The notes under the pieces were generated by a model, which was not told the DNA's origin, did no database searches, and saw nothing but the letters and a program-made list of their open reading frames with translations. From a virus, in IMG/VR virus record IMGVR_UViG_3300032116_000088, positions 26,668 through 90,667 of that record: a stretch of DNA of 64,000 nucleotides. One strand, given 5' to 3'. Below, one piece after another: positions 40,279-51,308 of the stretch (the first letter of the stretch is position 1; every line of letters begins with the position of its first letter). The position numbers were made by a program, and so were the translations under genes.

Positions 40279-40318
40279 TGAGATACTAGTAATCCAAAAC
40301 AAAGATATAGGAAATAAT

Positions 40319-42361
40319 ATGACAGTTTTTTCATTTAAATTAGCAGAAGAATTCGTTGCCGGATACCGGGGTAAGAAACCACCGTTTGGTTATGCCGATG
40401 TTGCGGGGAATTCAGTAGGGGAAATAACATTCCTGAGAACGTATAGTCGTTTGAAAGAAGATGGAACCAAAGAAACATGGGCTGATGTATGTGAGCGTGT
40501 TATTAATGGCATGTATTCATTACAGAAAGACCACGCGAAGCAAAATCGGTTGCCCTGGAGCGATGCAAAAGCTGCGGCCAGTGCAAAAGAAGCGTATGAC
40601 CGTTTATATAACCTAAAATGGACACCACCAGGCCGTGGATTATGGGTAATGGGTACGGAAATTGTAAACGTTCAGAAGAATTCGGCAGCGTTGCAGAATT
40701 GTGCATTTGTTAGCACCAATGAGATGACCAAGAATAATCCAGCAAAACCATTTGGATTCCTAATGGAAGCCAGCATGTTGGGTGTAGGTGTAGGATTTGA
40801 TGATAAGGGTGCTGATAAAGGGTTTGATATATATGAGCCGGGAGCAGTACAAGAATACGTAATTCCAGATACGCGTGAAGGTTGGGCGGATTCTACAATG
40901 TCGTTGATTAATTCATATTTGAAACCAGACCAGCCATCATATGAATTTAATTATGATGATATTAGGCCATATGGGGCATTAATTAAAACATTTGGTGGGA
41001 CCGCATCCGGGCCAGAGCCATTGATTAAATTGCACAAGAATATAAAGAAGATGTTTGATGGACGCAAGGGCGAGAAGTTAAGCCGTGTTGATATTGCCGA
41101 TATTGGTAATATGATTGGCGTGTGTGTAGTTTCCGGAAACGTTCGCCGTTCAGCGGAATTGTTGATTGGCCGTATTGATGATGAGGATTTCCTAAACCTA
41201 AAAAATGGTGAGGTATTCCCTGAACGTAATTCATATGACTCTGAAAATCCAGGATGGGCATGGATGTCTAATAATAGCGTAGATGTTTGTGTTGGGACAG
41301 ACTTTGACCCTATTGTTGATGGGATTGTACGCAACGGAGAACCCGGCGTTATATGGATGGATGTAAGCCGTAAATACGGTCGTCTAGTTGACGCTCCTAA
41401 TAATAAAGACTGGCGTGTAGTTGGATATAATCCTTGTGCAGAGCAGTCTTTGGAGTCTTTTGAGATGTGTACTTTGGTTGAAACATATTTAAATCGCCAT
41501 GAGTCTCTCGAAGATTTCAAGAGGACGTTGAAGTTTGCTTATTTATATGCAAAAACAGTTACACTACTCCCTACACACTGGGAAGAAACTAATGCTATCA
41601 TGCAGCGCAATAGGCGCATTGGTACCAGCATGTCTGGTGTAGCTAACTTTGCTGACAATAAAGGTATGCAGACTCTCCGTGAATGGATGGATGAAGGCTA
41701 CAAGATTGTCCGTGACTATGATATTAAGTACAGTGAGTGGCTAGGCATTCGTGAGTCTATTAAGATGACTACAGTTAAGCCTTCTGGCACTGTGTCTATC
41801 TTAGCTGGAGAATCTCCAGGTGTTCACTGGCCTAGTGGTGGTAAGTTTTTCCTGCGTGCAATTCGTTTTGGAAACAATGACCCTATGTTGCCACTATTTA
41901 AGATGGCTAACTATACTGTAGAGCCAGCTAGTGAGTCGCCAGACACTACGTCTGTTGTGTTCTTCCCTATCAAGACTGACGCTAAACGTTCTGAAAAAGA
42001 AGTGTCTATCTATGAAAAGATGAACCTAGCTGCTACTGCTCAACGTTGGTGGTCAGACAACTCTGTGTCTGTTACTGTCACCTTTGACGCTGAAGAAGAA
42101 AAGAATGATGTCGGAACTGTGCTTCATATGTATGACGGCCAGTTGAAGACTGTAAGCTTCCTCCCTATGGGTAATCATGTGTACCCACAGATGCCTTACA
42201 CTCAGATAACTGAGGAGGAGTATAATGAATACGCTATGCAATTATTCCCAATTGATTTCGTAGGAGTGTACCAGGGTATGGCTGCAGACGCTGTTGGTGA
42301 AGCTTATTGCACCACAGATGCCTGTGAAATTAAACTAATCAAAGATAATACTAAGGAATAA
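40319..42361 (+). CDS. nrdJ: Class II (B12-dependent) ribonucleoside-triphosphate reductase
   Basis: PPGRGLW, NCAF, GNVRRSA, NPCAEQ, TTVKPSGTVS, C-terminal C..DAC. Confidence 0.92.
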   Translation: MTVFSFKLAEEFVAGYRGKKPPFGYADVAGNSVGEITFLRTYSRLKEDGTKETWADVCERVINGMYSLQKDHAKQNRLPWSDAKAAASAKEAYDRLYNLKWTPPGRGLWVMGTEIVNVQKNSAALQNCAFVSTNEMTKNNPAKPFGFLMEASMLGVGVGFDDKGADKGFDIYEPGAVQEYVIPDTREGWADSTMSLINSYLKPDQPSYEFNYDDIRPYGALIKTFGGTASGPEPLIKLHKNIKKMFDGRKGEKLSRVDIADIGNMIGVCVVSGNVRRSAELLIGRIDDEDFLNLKNGEVFPERNSYDSENPGWAWMSNNSVDVCVGTDFDPIVDGIVRNGEPGVIWMDVSRKYGRLVDAPNNKDWRVVGYNPCAEQSLESFEMCTLVETYLNRHESLEDFKRTLKFAYLYAKTVTLLPTHWEETNAIMQRNRRIGTSMSGVANFADNKGMQTLREWMDEGYKIVRDYDIKYSEWLGIRESIKMTTVKPSGTVSILAGESPGVHWPSGGKFFLRAIRFGNNDPMLPLFKMANYTVEPASESPDTTSVVFFPIKTDAKRSEKEVSIYEKMNLAATAQRWWSDNSVSVTVTFDAEEEKNDVGTVLHMYDGQLKTVSFLPMGNHVYPQMPYTQITEEEYNEYAMQLFPIDFVGVYQGMAADAVGEAYCTTDACEIKLIKDNTKE

Positions 42362-42364
42362 CAT

Positions 42365-42541
42365 ATGTTAAAGAAACTGAAGCAGCTCTGGTTTGAGCTA
42401 AATATTATTGCTGGTAGGGTTCAGGTCCTAGACAGTGACGTATCTAAGCTAGAGAAGAAGGTTAAGTCTATGGCTGAGCCAAAGAAGACAGCTACTCCAG
42501 CTAAGAAGCCAGTCGCAAAGAAGCCTGCTGTAAAGAAGTAA
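42365..42541 (+). CDS. 58-aa protein with PAKK-rich tail (not in ORF track)
   Basis: AAGGA SD; ends PKKTATPAKKPVAKKPAVKK. Confidence 0.6.
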   Translation: MLKKLKQLWFELNIIAGRVQVLDSDVSKLEKKVKSMAEPKKTATPAKKPVAKKPAVKK

Positions 42542-42554
42542 CTAATACTTAAAA

Positions 42555-42579
42555 GCCCCCTGTCATTTAGGCAGGGGGC
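42555..42579. terminator. Hairpin at convergence of plus and minus transcription units
   Basis: GCCCCCTGTC / GGCAGGGGGC, U-tract on the minus strand. Confidence 0.75.
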
Positions 42580-42586
42580 CTTAGTA

Positions 42587-42799
42587 TTACAGGCGTATGT
42601 GTTTACGTTCTTCTTCAGTTTTACCGCCCCACACACCCAGCTCATTATTAGTTATAGCATGAGCTAGACATTCTTGTTGTATAGGGCATGATGCACAAAT
42701 CACTTTTGCCGCATATTCTTTTGCTTGTTTATTTTTACCTTCAGGGAAAAATATCTCTAAAGGTGCAGTTGCACATGCAGCGTCTGTCATATCAAACAT
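42587..42799 (-). CDS. whiB: WhiB family transcription factor
   Basis: AAC...FFP...C.SCPIQQECL...GVWGG..EEER. Confidence 0.9.
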   Translation of the reverse strand: MFDMTDAACATAPLEIFFPEGKNKQAKEYAAKVICASCPIQQECLAHAITNNELGVWGGKTEEERKHIRL

Positions 42800-43011
42800 T
42801 ACTTGCCTTTCTTTTTTATTATTAATCCACCAGAACGTAAGTCACGCTCTATATTTTTAATAGCCCGATTATCTGATGGTGTGGATGATGTGAACACTAT
42901 CTTACCGTTAGGAGCAATAAGTTTGTAGTGCCCGTTATTTGTTCTACTTACTCTCCACCCCTGGTCTTCAGCCAGGGATAGTAGGGCTTTTAGTTCTTTT
43001 ATTAATGCCAT
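42799..43011 (-). CDS. HicA-like protein
   Basis: AEDQGW.V.R...GHYKL..P.G.......TPSD.R...N....L...G. Confidence 0.7.
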   Translation of the reverse strand: MALIKELKALLSLAEDQGWRVSRTNNGHYKLIAPNGKIVFTSSTPSDNRAIKNIERDLRSGGLIIKKKGK

Positions 43012-43014
43012 ATA

Positions 43015-43584
43015 TTATACCTTTACTTTTTCTTTTTCTTCAACTGGCCAGTAATACTCGTAACTAGTTGGTTGAACACCAGCATCTTCTGGCCACTCAA
43101 AATCACTGTAGTGTTCATAGTTTTTATTAAGTAATGCTATTCTATGAGTACGCGTGACAAGTTTAACTGTTTCAAGGTCACGCATCCATTCAGGAGTCAA
43201 GGATTCATCAGTAATCCAAGTATCCATTGAAAATGCTAAACCAGCATGTTTCATTGTATCTTTTAGTTTTTTCTCTAAGGTGCTTTTATAGCCACGACGT
43301 TTCCATTCCCGAACCATCTCTAAAATGTAAACACACAAGGCTGTTTCATAACCACGCCACATCCTAACGGCCGGGTGATTAACCCAGCCTTTAGGAGTAC
43401 GTGGATTACCGTCAGGGTCTACTTCTAGTAGGCACATAACTATCTGCCAGCCTTCAAGCGCTTGTTTGTGTAGGCGCTTGTTGTCTAGTTGCTTAGCAAT
43501 TTCTCTAGATGTAAATGCCCAGTTTTGTAGGTTACTTTCATTAAAACCTAGTTCAATTGGACTCGTCGTTAAAAACGTCTGCAT
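43015..43584 (-). CDS. Pyrimidine-dimer DNA glycosylase-like (MSMEG_6728/DenV family)
   Basis: MQTFL, LDNKRL.KQ..E..QI, GW.NHPAVRMWRG, HR..LL.K, Y.WP. Confidence 0.8.
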   Translation of the reverse strand: MQTFLTTSPIELGFNESNLQNWAFTSREIAKQLDNKRLHKQALEGWQIVMCLLEVDPDGNPRTPKGWVNHPAVRMWRGYETALCVYILEMVREWKRRGYKSTLEKKLKDTMKHAGLAFSMDTWITDESLTPEWMRDLETVKLVTRTHRIALLNKNYEHYSDFEWPEDAGVQPTSYEYYWPVEEKEKVKV

Positions 43585-46500
43585 ATGTTGTCTCCTCTAA
43601 TGCTCCGATGTCACGCAATATAATTGCAATTGTAGTTTCGTCAAACTCATTCTGTTCAAGAATAGGTATGAGTTTTTCTACAATACTTAGTTTCATATAC
43701 TTCATTCCTAAAGTAAATGACTCTTCCATCTGTTCGCGAACAGCATGAAGAATTGCTTGTGTTACTTGAGCGGTGTTGTTTTCCATTTGTTTCTCCTTGT
43801 TATTTAAATTGAGAGAAGTCGACTACTTCTCCCTGCTCTACTATCATAGTGCCATCTTTTTCTATCTCATAATTAAAGCTACCTAGATAGACTGTGTGGC
43901 TGTCTGGAATGAATGTATTATCTACTGCCCACTCCATAAACTCTTCTTGCGCTTCTTTAATAGCGTTTTCTTTTGAGTCTGATTTGATACGTACAATTAA
44001 CATGCCTGTTTCTGTAGGGCAATGAAATATAAACTCTTCTAATTTAACTTGCTCTATTACTTCTGGTTCCATTAGTATTCCTCTTCTTCTTGTGAATCAA
44101 TCCAGTCATTAAATGCTAAACGATATGCTACAGGGTCACACTCCCGTAGTATTTGAGATGGTGACAAAGTAATACCTACAATATCATACTCTTCGTATAA
44201 CTCGTCTAGCAACTCGTCAAACATTTCTTCTGTGTATTCTTCCATTGGTTCGCTCATTAGTTTTCCTCCAGTTGTTCTACTTCATAGTTTTCTAATACAT
44301 CATTGATTGCATCTTCTAAATAGTTGTAGAAGAGGTGTAGTTCAAGTTCGTCCATATGATTGACTTGCAGCTCACGCAGGTTCATACTCCAAACAATTTC
44401 TCCGTGTTCATGTTGCATTACTGAATACCTTTCTCGTATTTGTATTCTTCTGCTAGGTGGTACAACTCGTTATCTACATACTCAGCAACAGCGTGCTCTA
44501 GAGCATCGCAGATGTTGTCCCATTCTTCATCGGTTAACTTGTGTGCTAGTGTGTCATCGATATAAGATTCAAAGTTTTCTTTATCGATTAACAGTTCTTG
44601 TAGTGCTATTCTTTTACTCATTTGGTTCTCCTTGTTCTAATAGATACTCTTCATAATCATCTAGTTCTCTAATAGAGACATTGATTACGTCTAGTTGTGT
44701 TACTTTGTTATTTAGTTGTTTTAGTGCTAGTTCTACTAACCTACCAGGACTTGTAGTCATATCTGCTAGAGTCATAGGCTGTGTTTCTACAACTGTAATA
44801 TATTCTTGTTCATCAGTTGCTAACGTGATTTCGTATTTACTCATCTTCATCATCCTCATCTTCCATGTAGTAAACATCATCTAACCATTGTTTAATATAT
44901 GCAGAAGACTCATCTGGAAAACCACTTGAATCAAGCAACTCTGCTCTAGCTTCAAAGTCGTCTTCATCCCAGTCAGTGTGTTCTGCTAGTATATATTGAA
45001 AGACCACTACTGTATTGGGGTCTTCAGTTTTTAGATGTTCAATTAGTTGTGCTACTGTTGTTGCCATTATTTTTTCTCCTTTATTTCTAGTGTTACTTTA
45101 ACATCGTAGAACCGTTCTACGACTTCTCGTGCTGTTTCCCAATAGCCCAAGTCTATTGCTGTTTCATTGTGCATCCTAACTAGTTCTTCTGCTAGACGTT
45201 CTAACAGTTCAATGTTGTTTAGGTGTTTTACATATCTACTCATTTATTTCTCCTTACATATTGTTTTAGTGTGTACTCCATCTAAGTTTTGGTACTTGAT
45301 TTCATTACACTCATACTTTGAATTAAATATAACTATTGTACATACCAATAAAAATAACCCTAATGATATGAATAATAGTTTTGCATCTTTACTCATTTAC
45401 TCCCTCACAATTTAGTATTGCTTCTTGCTCTGTTGAGTACATATCCCAACAGTTTTTCTTTTGGCCTTCTTTTAGTAAGAAGTACCCGTACACTAAAGAC
45501 CCTACCATTGATATTAGAATTCCTCCAATAACTAATAGTTCTTTACATGTAAGTTTAATTGTGTCATTCATCCGGGCCTACATCCACACAGTTTTCTGCT
45601 TCACAATATTCGCATTCAGCATAGACTTCGTGTGAGTTTCTTGAGCCAACTGTTTCTATAGCATCATTAAACTCTTCACAACTTTCACAGTCAAATGAGA
45701 CAGTCATTGCTACTTCATCATCCCACGGTGTTGCTAGTTTCCATCCATCATAACCTGGTATGTGTTCCATTATTTTACCTTTCTTATTAGTTTGCCTTGC
45801 AGGGTTGCAAGTTTAATTATTACTTTACTAATTAGTTTAATAAAGTAAAGTCTTGTGTCGTTCATCCTTCCTCCAATACATATTGAGCACAACATCCATC
45901 GCACTCATGCTTATGATATATGTGGATTAAGCCATGTTCACACTTAATCATTCCATTACCTCTTCTCCATCAATAAAATACTTAGGCAATATATCGGGTG
46001 GACTATCCCACTCATGAGCATCATGCATTGCCCATTCATAGGCTTCATCTTCTGTATCAAAAGATGGAGCCCATTGTACTTCATCTCCATCTACATAAAT
46101 GTAGTATTTAATTTGTATCATTTGTTTTCCTATCTATCTTCGTGGCCACAGAATACTCTACCACATTCTGGACACATTTGATTTTCACAGTTGTGACACA
46201 TTTCCCACTGGTTTAATTCCTCTTGTGTGCATTCTTCATCACACTCAGGGCAATATATCTTCTTCATTTGTTTCTCCTTCATCTTGACATGAGCAACTGC
46301 AATACCACTTATTGTCATACCATTCAATAAGTGGTCTGCAGTTCTCGTGATGTCCTGTCATACAGAACCCACATATTCTACTCAACGATTAGATATCCTT
46401 CGTTGCTTAGTTCAACTTCAATGGAATGGTCAATGACTGCTCCCCTTGCTTTGTTGATGGCTATACCAATAGGTAGTTCAATACCAGGAAGAACCATAGT

Positions 46501-46698
46501 TTTAGTCTTGTCTGGCTGGCTGTCAAGGAACTCTTGAACATGCTCAATTTCATTGAACATTCTCATAACTTCCTCGAACTTTTCAATGGTTGTGACACCA
46601 ATAATGTCTGCCCCATTGAATGCAGGTATCATTCTATACACTGCAAACGGTGACCCACTAATTTCGTGGTTGATGCGCTCTGCGATTTTTGATTCCAT
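43553..46698 (-). other. Array of short, mostly acidic early-region ORFs (e.g. 43553-43786, 43800-44072, 44072-44257, 44418-44621, 44837-45067, 45389-45571, 45564-45770, 46378-46698)
   Basis: Tightly packed minus-strand ORFs with GGAG/GAAAGG SDs; no recognisable domains. Confidence 0.6.
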
Positions 46699-46703
46699 TT
46701 TTA

Positions 46704-47075
46704 TTACTCCATTTCACTTGATTGATTGTTAATAGCTGTCTCAATGGCATCTTGCAATAAGGTCATGATGTCAATGATATCGCTGTCTTTTAGGCCTAAA
46801 CTGTTGCCTTCTTCATCTGCACCACCGGTGATAACAACATCACCCATAATAACATCTGCATTAGGAAACATTTTATTCCATAGCAATGTGGCTAACACAT
46901 TAGGTTGTAGCCCATTTATTTTACCTTCTTCGTTCAACCACATATCTACATCTCTATTGAGTGATACTAGTTCAACTAGACCGTTAACTGATTCGAATAA
47001 GAAGTCATAACTAATGTCTTCTACTTCTTTAACGGATACGCTATTATCTGTTGTAATAGATAATACTTTGTGCAT
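46704..47075 (-). CDS. DUF3846-like protein
   Basis: V.GLVE.V......WLNEEGK...L.PN..AT......I.GDVVITG..DEEG. Confidence 0.75.
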   Translation of the reverse strand: MHKVLSITTDNSVSVKEVEDISYDFLFESVNGLVELVSLNRDVDMWLNEEGKINGLQPNVLATLLWNKMFPNADVIMGDVVITGGADEEGNSLGLKDSDIIDIMTLLQDAIETAINNQSSEME

Positions 47076-47136
47076 TTGTTTCTCCTTAGTTTGTTTGTGT
47101 TGGCACGGCCTAGTGGCCCTGCTATACCTGAGCGCT

Positions 47137-47904
47137 TTACTCAGGAGTCTGTTCTATTAGTGTTGCTTCGATTAGAGGCATAACATCATACGTAATCATC
47201 TTGCAATCTGGATGTATATCAAATTCATTTTCATATTGATGTAATGTATTCATTGCTGAATAACTATCGTATGCCTTGACTTTATGTTTATAAGTAACTA
47301 CAACTTCGTATTCTCCTATAGTATCTCTTGGACAATCATCAAACCAATCGTTAGGGTCATCTGCCCAACCACATCTACAAGAGTCTGCGGAATCTCTAGA
47401 CACCCAGTCAGCATGTGATGCTGGTGAATCATACTCAGTAATATCATACAATCCTGATTCTCCATGTATCTCAAGTGCTTCAGATTCTTCACCTTCAGAC
47501 CATATACTAAACTTAAGACCGGGGTTGTCTTCAATAAGTTTTAGGAAAGGTTCTCTAGGCCAATCATATTTAGTTTCAAACCTAATATGTAATGTTGATG
47601 AACCAGCATTTGTTGAATTAACATAACTATCAAGCTCGTGAGCTTGCCAGTTATAGGTACAATCCCAATTTTGTGCTCTCCATACATTTCCTTCCGCGGT
47701 CCACCATTCTCCAGAGATTAACATATCTTCTGGTGGAGGGGACAGGTTATATAACGACACACTATCAATACCTTCATCTGACCAAACAATATCACCTTCA
47801 TCATTGAGTTGTTTAGGATGTGGTGCTTGAAGTTTTTTCTCTAGTGCATCTATATATTCTGTCTTACCTTGTACGGTAATGTGATGTGTAATCCAATAAC
47901 CCAT
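47137..47904 (-). CDS. DUF1281/YubB-like ferredoxin-fold protein
   Basis: W...WRAQNW, FETKYDWP....KL....P.LKF. Confidence 0.5.
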   Translation of the reverse strand: MGYWITHHITVQGKTEYIDALEKKLQAPHPKQLNDEGDIVWSDEGIDSVSLYNLSPPPEDMLISGEWWTAEGNVWRAQNWDCTYNWQAHELDSYVNSTNAGSSTLHIRFETKYDWPREPFLKLIEDNPGLKFSIWSEGEESEALEIHGESGLYDITEYDSPASHADWVSRDSADSCRCGWADDPNDWFDDCPRDTIGEYEVVVTYKHKVKAYDSYSAMNTLHQYENEFDIHPDCKMITYDVMPLIEATLIEQTPE

Positions 47905-47913
47905 ATGTTCTCC

Positions 47914-49854
47914 TTACTTACTTAGATTACGCTTGATGGCAAGTCTAACAATTGCTTTAGCAAGAGTTAGAAGTGAACTGCCGTCTTCAAGTGGCACAAC
48001 AATTTCTGAGTTGTGACCGTTGATTGTACGCTTCTCACCTGCTTCTCTACGACGCTGCATGAACTCTTCACCGTACTGTCTGTACTCATCAATAAAACCT
48101 AGGCTAGTGATAACACCATTGCGTCTAAGGTCAGCAATAATCTTGTCACCTTCTTTGCCATACCATTCACCATCAGTAATAGTGATAAGTATCTTGATAG
48201 CACGTGTGCTGTTGGCTAGAACATACTTAGCATACTTAAGTGCATCTTCTGGCTCTGTACCACCAGAGTCACTAGTAATTTTCTTCATAGGCTTAGCACG
48301 TTCGTCTGCTGAGTAAAGCAACTTAGCATCGTTGTCGAATGTAACTACTGTAGTAGATGCGTCTATCTTATCTAGTGAACGCTTGATAGCCCAAGTAGAG
48401 TCAAAGGCAGAGTCTCTAGTCCAAGACATTGAACCAGATACATCTAGAAGAATAACTGCTTCGATATCTGTAACGTCATCTCTACCGTTGTCCCACTGGT
48501 CAAAGCACTCATCAGCATCAACACCTGTAGCATAACGTTGAACATTAAGTCTACCAACTTCAACCTTGCGATTCCAACCTGGGTCAAAGTCAGCCTTGAT
48601 TAGTGATAGTTGATTGGCAAATGATTTGACTTGTGCTACAACATCAGCAGGCACAGCAGCAAGTTGCATATGATAACCTTTCTCTGGCTTAGCAACATAC
48701 TTGCTACTAAGTTGTGGGTCACCATTGAACTGTGCTATAAGGTCATTAACATCATCACGCAACAACTCTTTGATTTGGTTGTTATGCTTTTTGATATTGT
48801 TAACAGCATTATCAATATGACCTGTGCCTGCTGAACTACTTGTGTCATCTTGTGGTTGACCAGGTTGACCAGGTTGACCAGGCTGATTACCAGGCTGACC
48901 AGGACTCTTGCCAGGAACTTTAGGACCACAACCACCGTTAGAACCAGTAGGCTCAGGGTCACCTTCTGCTTCTTGGTCACCGTCTGGATTAGTAGGTTGA
49001 GCATTACGTTTCTTGACAATCTTGTCAATGATACGGTCTTGACCAGCCTTGTTAGTAGTCTTGGACTTGTCACTAGACTTAGCACCAGGATGACCACAAG
49101 TACCACCAGTAGGTGATGGTGGACGCACAGGTTCATTAGTATTTATCTTGAGTAACTTATGTAGTCTCTCGATAAGTTGCATAGCTAATGGTATGTGTGC
49201 ACTGTTAGACAGGTTAAGTATTGTATAGTCATCAATTATAGAACCAATCTCTGCAACAATACTCTGGTCAACAAATGCATCCTTGATTACTTTACGTAAG
49301 TCATCAGGTAAAAATGTTCTACCGTGTATCAAAGGATAAGCATAGGGTATAGAGTTTGTATCCTTCAATAACATCTGAGTGATAGAAGCAGTAAACCAAT
49401 GCTTGACGTTACTATACTTAGCATCTAAGAATACTTCAAGACGCTGGTCTTCAAGTATGTTGAATGCTATGTTGTATTCATTGTTTTTGACCCACTTAAC
49501 TAGATTGCTACTAGACCGTGGAGTAAACAATATGTGACCAACTTCGTGTAATGAAATACCCTTGACTGCGATAATTGAATCGGGGTCAGTAAGGTCACCC
49601 ATTTCATCTTCGTTGAACCAAATGTTTTCAGCATCAGACCAGGCTTCGATATGACGCATATGATTTGGATTTTTAGCACTTGTTGACATTGATACGTGAA
49701 TAAGTCTAGCAGTAAGAGCACTAGCAAATTTACTTACGACTGAAGTCATACGTGCATTGCGTTGCTCTGTTGTATCAGTAGGCAACATATTGTTGACAAC
49801 TTCTACATACTCAGACTCAAACAGGGCATCAATATCGGCTATATCTTTTTCCAT
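47914..49854 (-). CDS. vWA-domain protein with N-terminal HExxH domain (MoxR partner)
   Basis: HEVGH..FT, NILED.R.E, QPG repeat linker, MIDAS DVSGSM, GGT, ITDG. Confidence 0.85.
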   Translation of the reverse strand: MEKDIADIDALFESEYVEVVNNMLPTDTTEQRNARMTSVVSKFASALTARLIHVSMSTSAKNPNHMRHIEAWSDAENIWFNEDEMGDLTDPDSIIAVKGISLHEVGHILFTPRSSSNLVKWVKNNEYNIAFNILEDQRLEVFLDAKYSNVKHWFTASITQMLLKDTNSIPYAYPLIHGRTFLPDDLRKVIKDAFVDQSIVAEIGSIIDDYTILNLSNSAHIPLAMQLIERLHKLLKINTNEPVRPPSPTGGTCGHPGAKSSDKSKTTNKAGQDRIIDKIVKKRNAQPTNPDGDQEAEGDPEPTGSNGGCGPKVPGKSPGQPGNQPGQPGQPGQPQDDTSSSAGTGHIDNAVNNIKKHNNQIKELLRDDVNDLIAQFNGDPQLSSKYVAKPEKGYHMQLAAVPADVVAQVKSFANQLSLIKADFDPGWNRKVEVGRLNVQRYATGVDADECFDQWDNGRDDVTDIEAVILLDVSGSMSWTRDSAFDSTWAIKRSLDKIDASTTVVTFDNDAKLLYSADERAKPMKKITSDSGGTEPEDALKYAKYVLANSTRAIKILITITDGEWYGKEGDKIIADLRRNGVITSLGFIDEYRQYGEEFMQRRREAGEKRTINGHNSEIVVPLEDGSSLLTLAKAIVRLAIKRNLSK

Positions 49855-49878
49855 ATATATTCTCCTATATAAGTTGGC

Positions 49879-49911
49879 GGGTAGCGGCAACCATTACCAT
49901 TGCCGCTACCC
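49879..49911. terminator. 12-bp perfect hairpin between AAA and vWA genes
   Basis: GGGTAGCGGCAA / TTGCCGCTACCC. Confidence 0.5.
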
Positions 49912-49917
49912 TAGAGT

Positions 49918-51276
49918 TTACTCGTTGTAGCCGTTAAGTGGCACACCGAGTTCTTGTGCGATAACATCTACGTTAGCATCAAAGGTCATCTTGATTGCTT
50001 CACGCTCACCGTCATCCTTAGGGAAGTTGTTGAGCATAGATGATACAGCAAAGGATAGGTTAAGACCCTTAGCCTGCTCTATGAAGTTGAGCAAGATACG
50101 GGTAGACATAGGCTTGCTGAACTGGTCAGTAGTCTTGCTTGCTTCACGAATGCTGTGTGCAAACTGTAGCAGAGCAGATGAAGGTATGAACTTAGACTCA
50201 AGTTCGATGTCGTAATCGAACTCTAACTTAGGTTGCATACGGTCATACAAGGCATCATCTTGACGTTGAACACCTGTATAACCCTGACCTGTGTTCTGGT
50301 CAGCAATGAACAGACACTCAGGATGAACCTTGATGACCTGGTTTAGCTGGTCAACAATAAGTTCACGCTCATTAAGAACACGAAGCAAGAGAGATGCAGC
50401 CTTAGGCTGTAGTCTGCTCAACTCGTTAATCAGAATGACTGATGGCTGTTGAATTGCTGTAGCAAACTGACTGTACTTCCACTTGGTGCTGTTGCCTACA
50501 CCTGTAGGAACAAAGCGACCGTGTAGAACAGTCTGGTCAATCTGCTGTGTACACTCTACAACTACGAACGGTATATTGCGAATGTGTGCATAGTGCTCTG
50601 CAGCACTAGACTTACCTGTACCGGCTGGACCAGTAAGCAAGACAGTTCGTTGGTTATCTCTTGCAAAGTCAAATACTTGACTCTCAAGAACACCATCGAA
50701 CACTCGCTCAATGTGTAGCCTACCGGCTGGAACAGTGATTGGTGTCTCGTTATCGGAACTTAACACGCTACTGTTGGTATATTGCATGGGTGTCTCCTGT
50801 ATAGGAAGTTCAATCTCTTGAACTTGTGGGTCAGGCTGTGGCGGAGTTGCTACAACCTGTTGCACCACTGGCTGTGGTGTGGCTTGTGTTACTTGAACAA
50901 CTGCGTTCTCATATACTGCTAGAGAACTTGGGTCATTCATAGTCTGCTCTACCAGAGTATTGAACTCATCTAGAGCAGAATTACTTGTCACATTGCTAGC
51001 AGTTAGTTTCTTACCTAACTTAACTAGGAACATTGACGGTGTAATTGTGGAGTTGATTATCCTGTCTTCTGCAGGAGTAATCTTTAGTGATACTGGGCTT
51101 CCGACTAGCATCTCATTATCTTCAATGAGAACGTCGCCTTCAACCCAAGCACCAGCACGACCTCGTCCTTCTCCAAGCCTAGAGAAAATACGAACATTAC
51201 CATCTGCTGTTGGCGTAATGGCTACAGTTCGTAGTTCTCCTTGACTGTTTTGGGACTTCATCATTGCTGCATACAT
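49918..51276 (-). CDS. MoxR/CbbQ-like AAA+ ATPase
   Basis: GPAGTGKS, ILINELSR, N.G.GY.G....D.AL.DR, STR. Confidence 0.85.
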   Translation of the reverse strand: MYAAMMKSQNSQGELRTVAITPTADGNVRIFSRLGEGRGRAGAWVEGDVLIEDNEMLVGSPVSLKITPAEDRIINSTITPSMFLVKLGKKLTASNVTSNSALDEFNTLVEQTMNDPSSLAVYENAVVQVTQATPQPVVQQVVATPPQPDPQVQEIELPIQETPMQYTNSSVLSSDNETPITVPAGRLHIERVFDGVLESQVFDFARDNQRTVLLTGPAGTGKSSAAEHYAHIRNIPFVVVECTQQIDQTVLHGRFVPTGVGNSTKWKYSQFATAIQQPSVILINELSRLQPKAASLLLRVLNERELIVDQLNQVIKVHPECLFIADQNTGQGYTGVQRQDDALYDRMQPKLEFDYDIELESKFIPSSALLQFAHSIREASKTTDQFSKPMSTRILLNFIEQAKGLNLSFAVSSMLNNFPKDDGEREAIKMTFDANVDVIAQELGVPLNGYNE

Positions 51277-51308
51277 AGGACTACCTTTCTATAGTGGTAT
51301 GCTGTGGG

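Noticed and set aside
40189-40318. Cobalamin riboswitch or NrdR box before nrdJ
   Set aside because: No B12-box or NrdR consensus visible.
40951-41520. 189-aa antisense ORF and similar shadow ORFs
   Set aside because: Lie opposite well-supported genes and have no SD or domain signal.
14201-42361. Inteins or introns in DnaB, PolA, RecA or NrdJ
   Set aside because: Proteins are of normal length, uninterrupted, and lack splice motifs.
47914-51276. CobS/CobT cobalamin biosynthesis supporting the B12-dependent RNR
   Set aside because: Generic MoxR-vWA pair; no CobN or other cob genes present.
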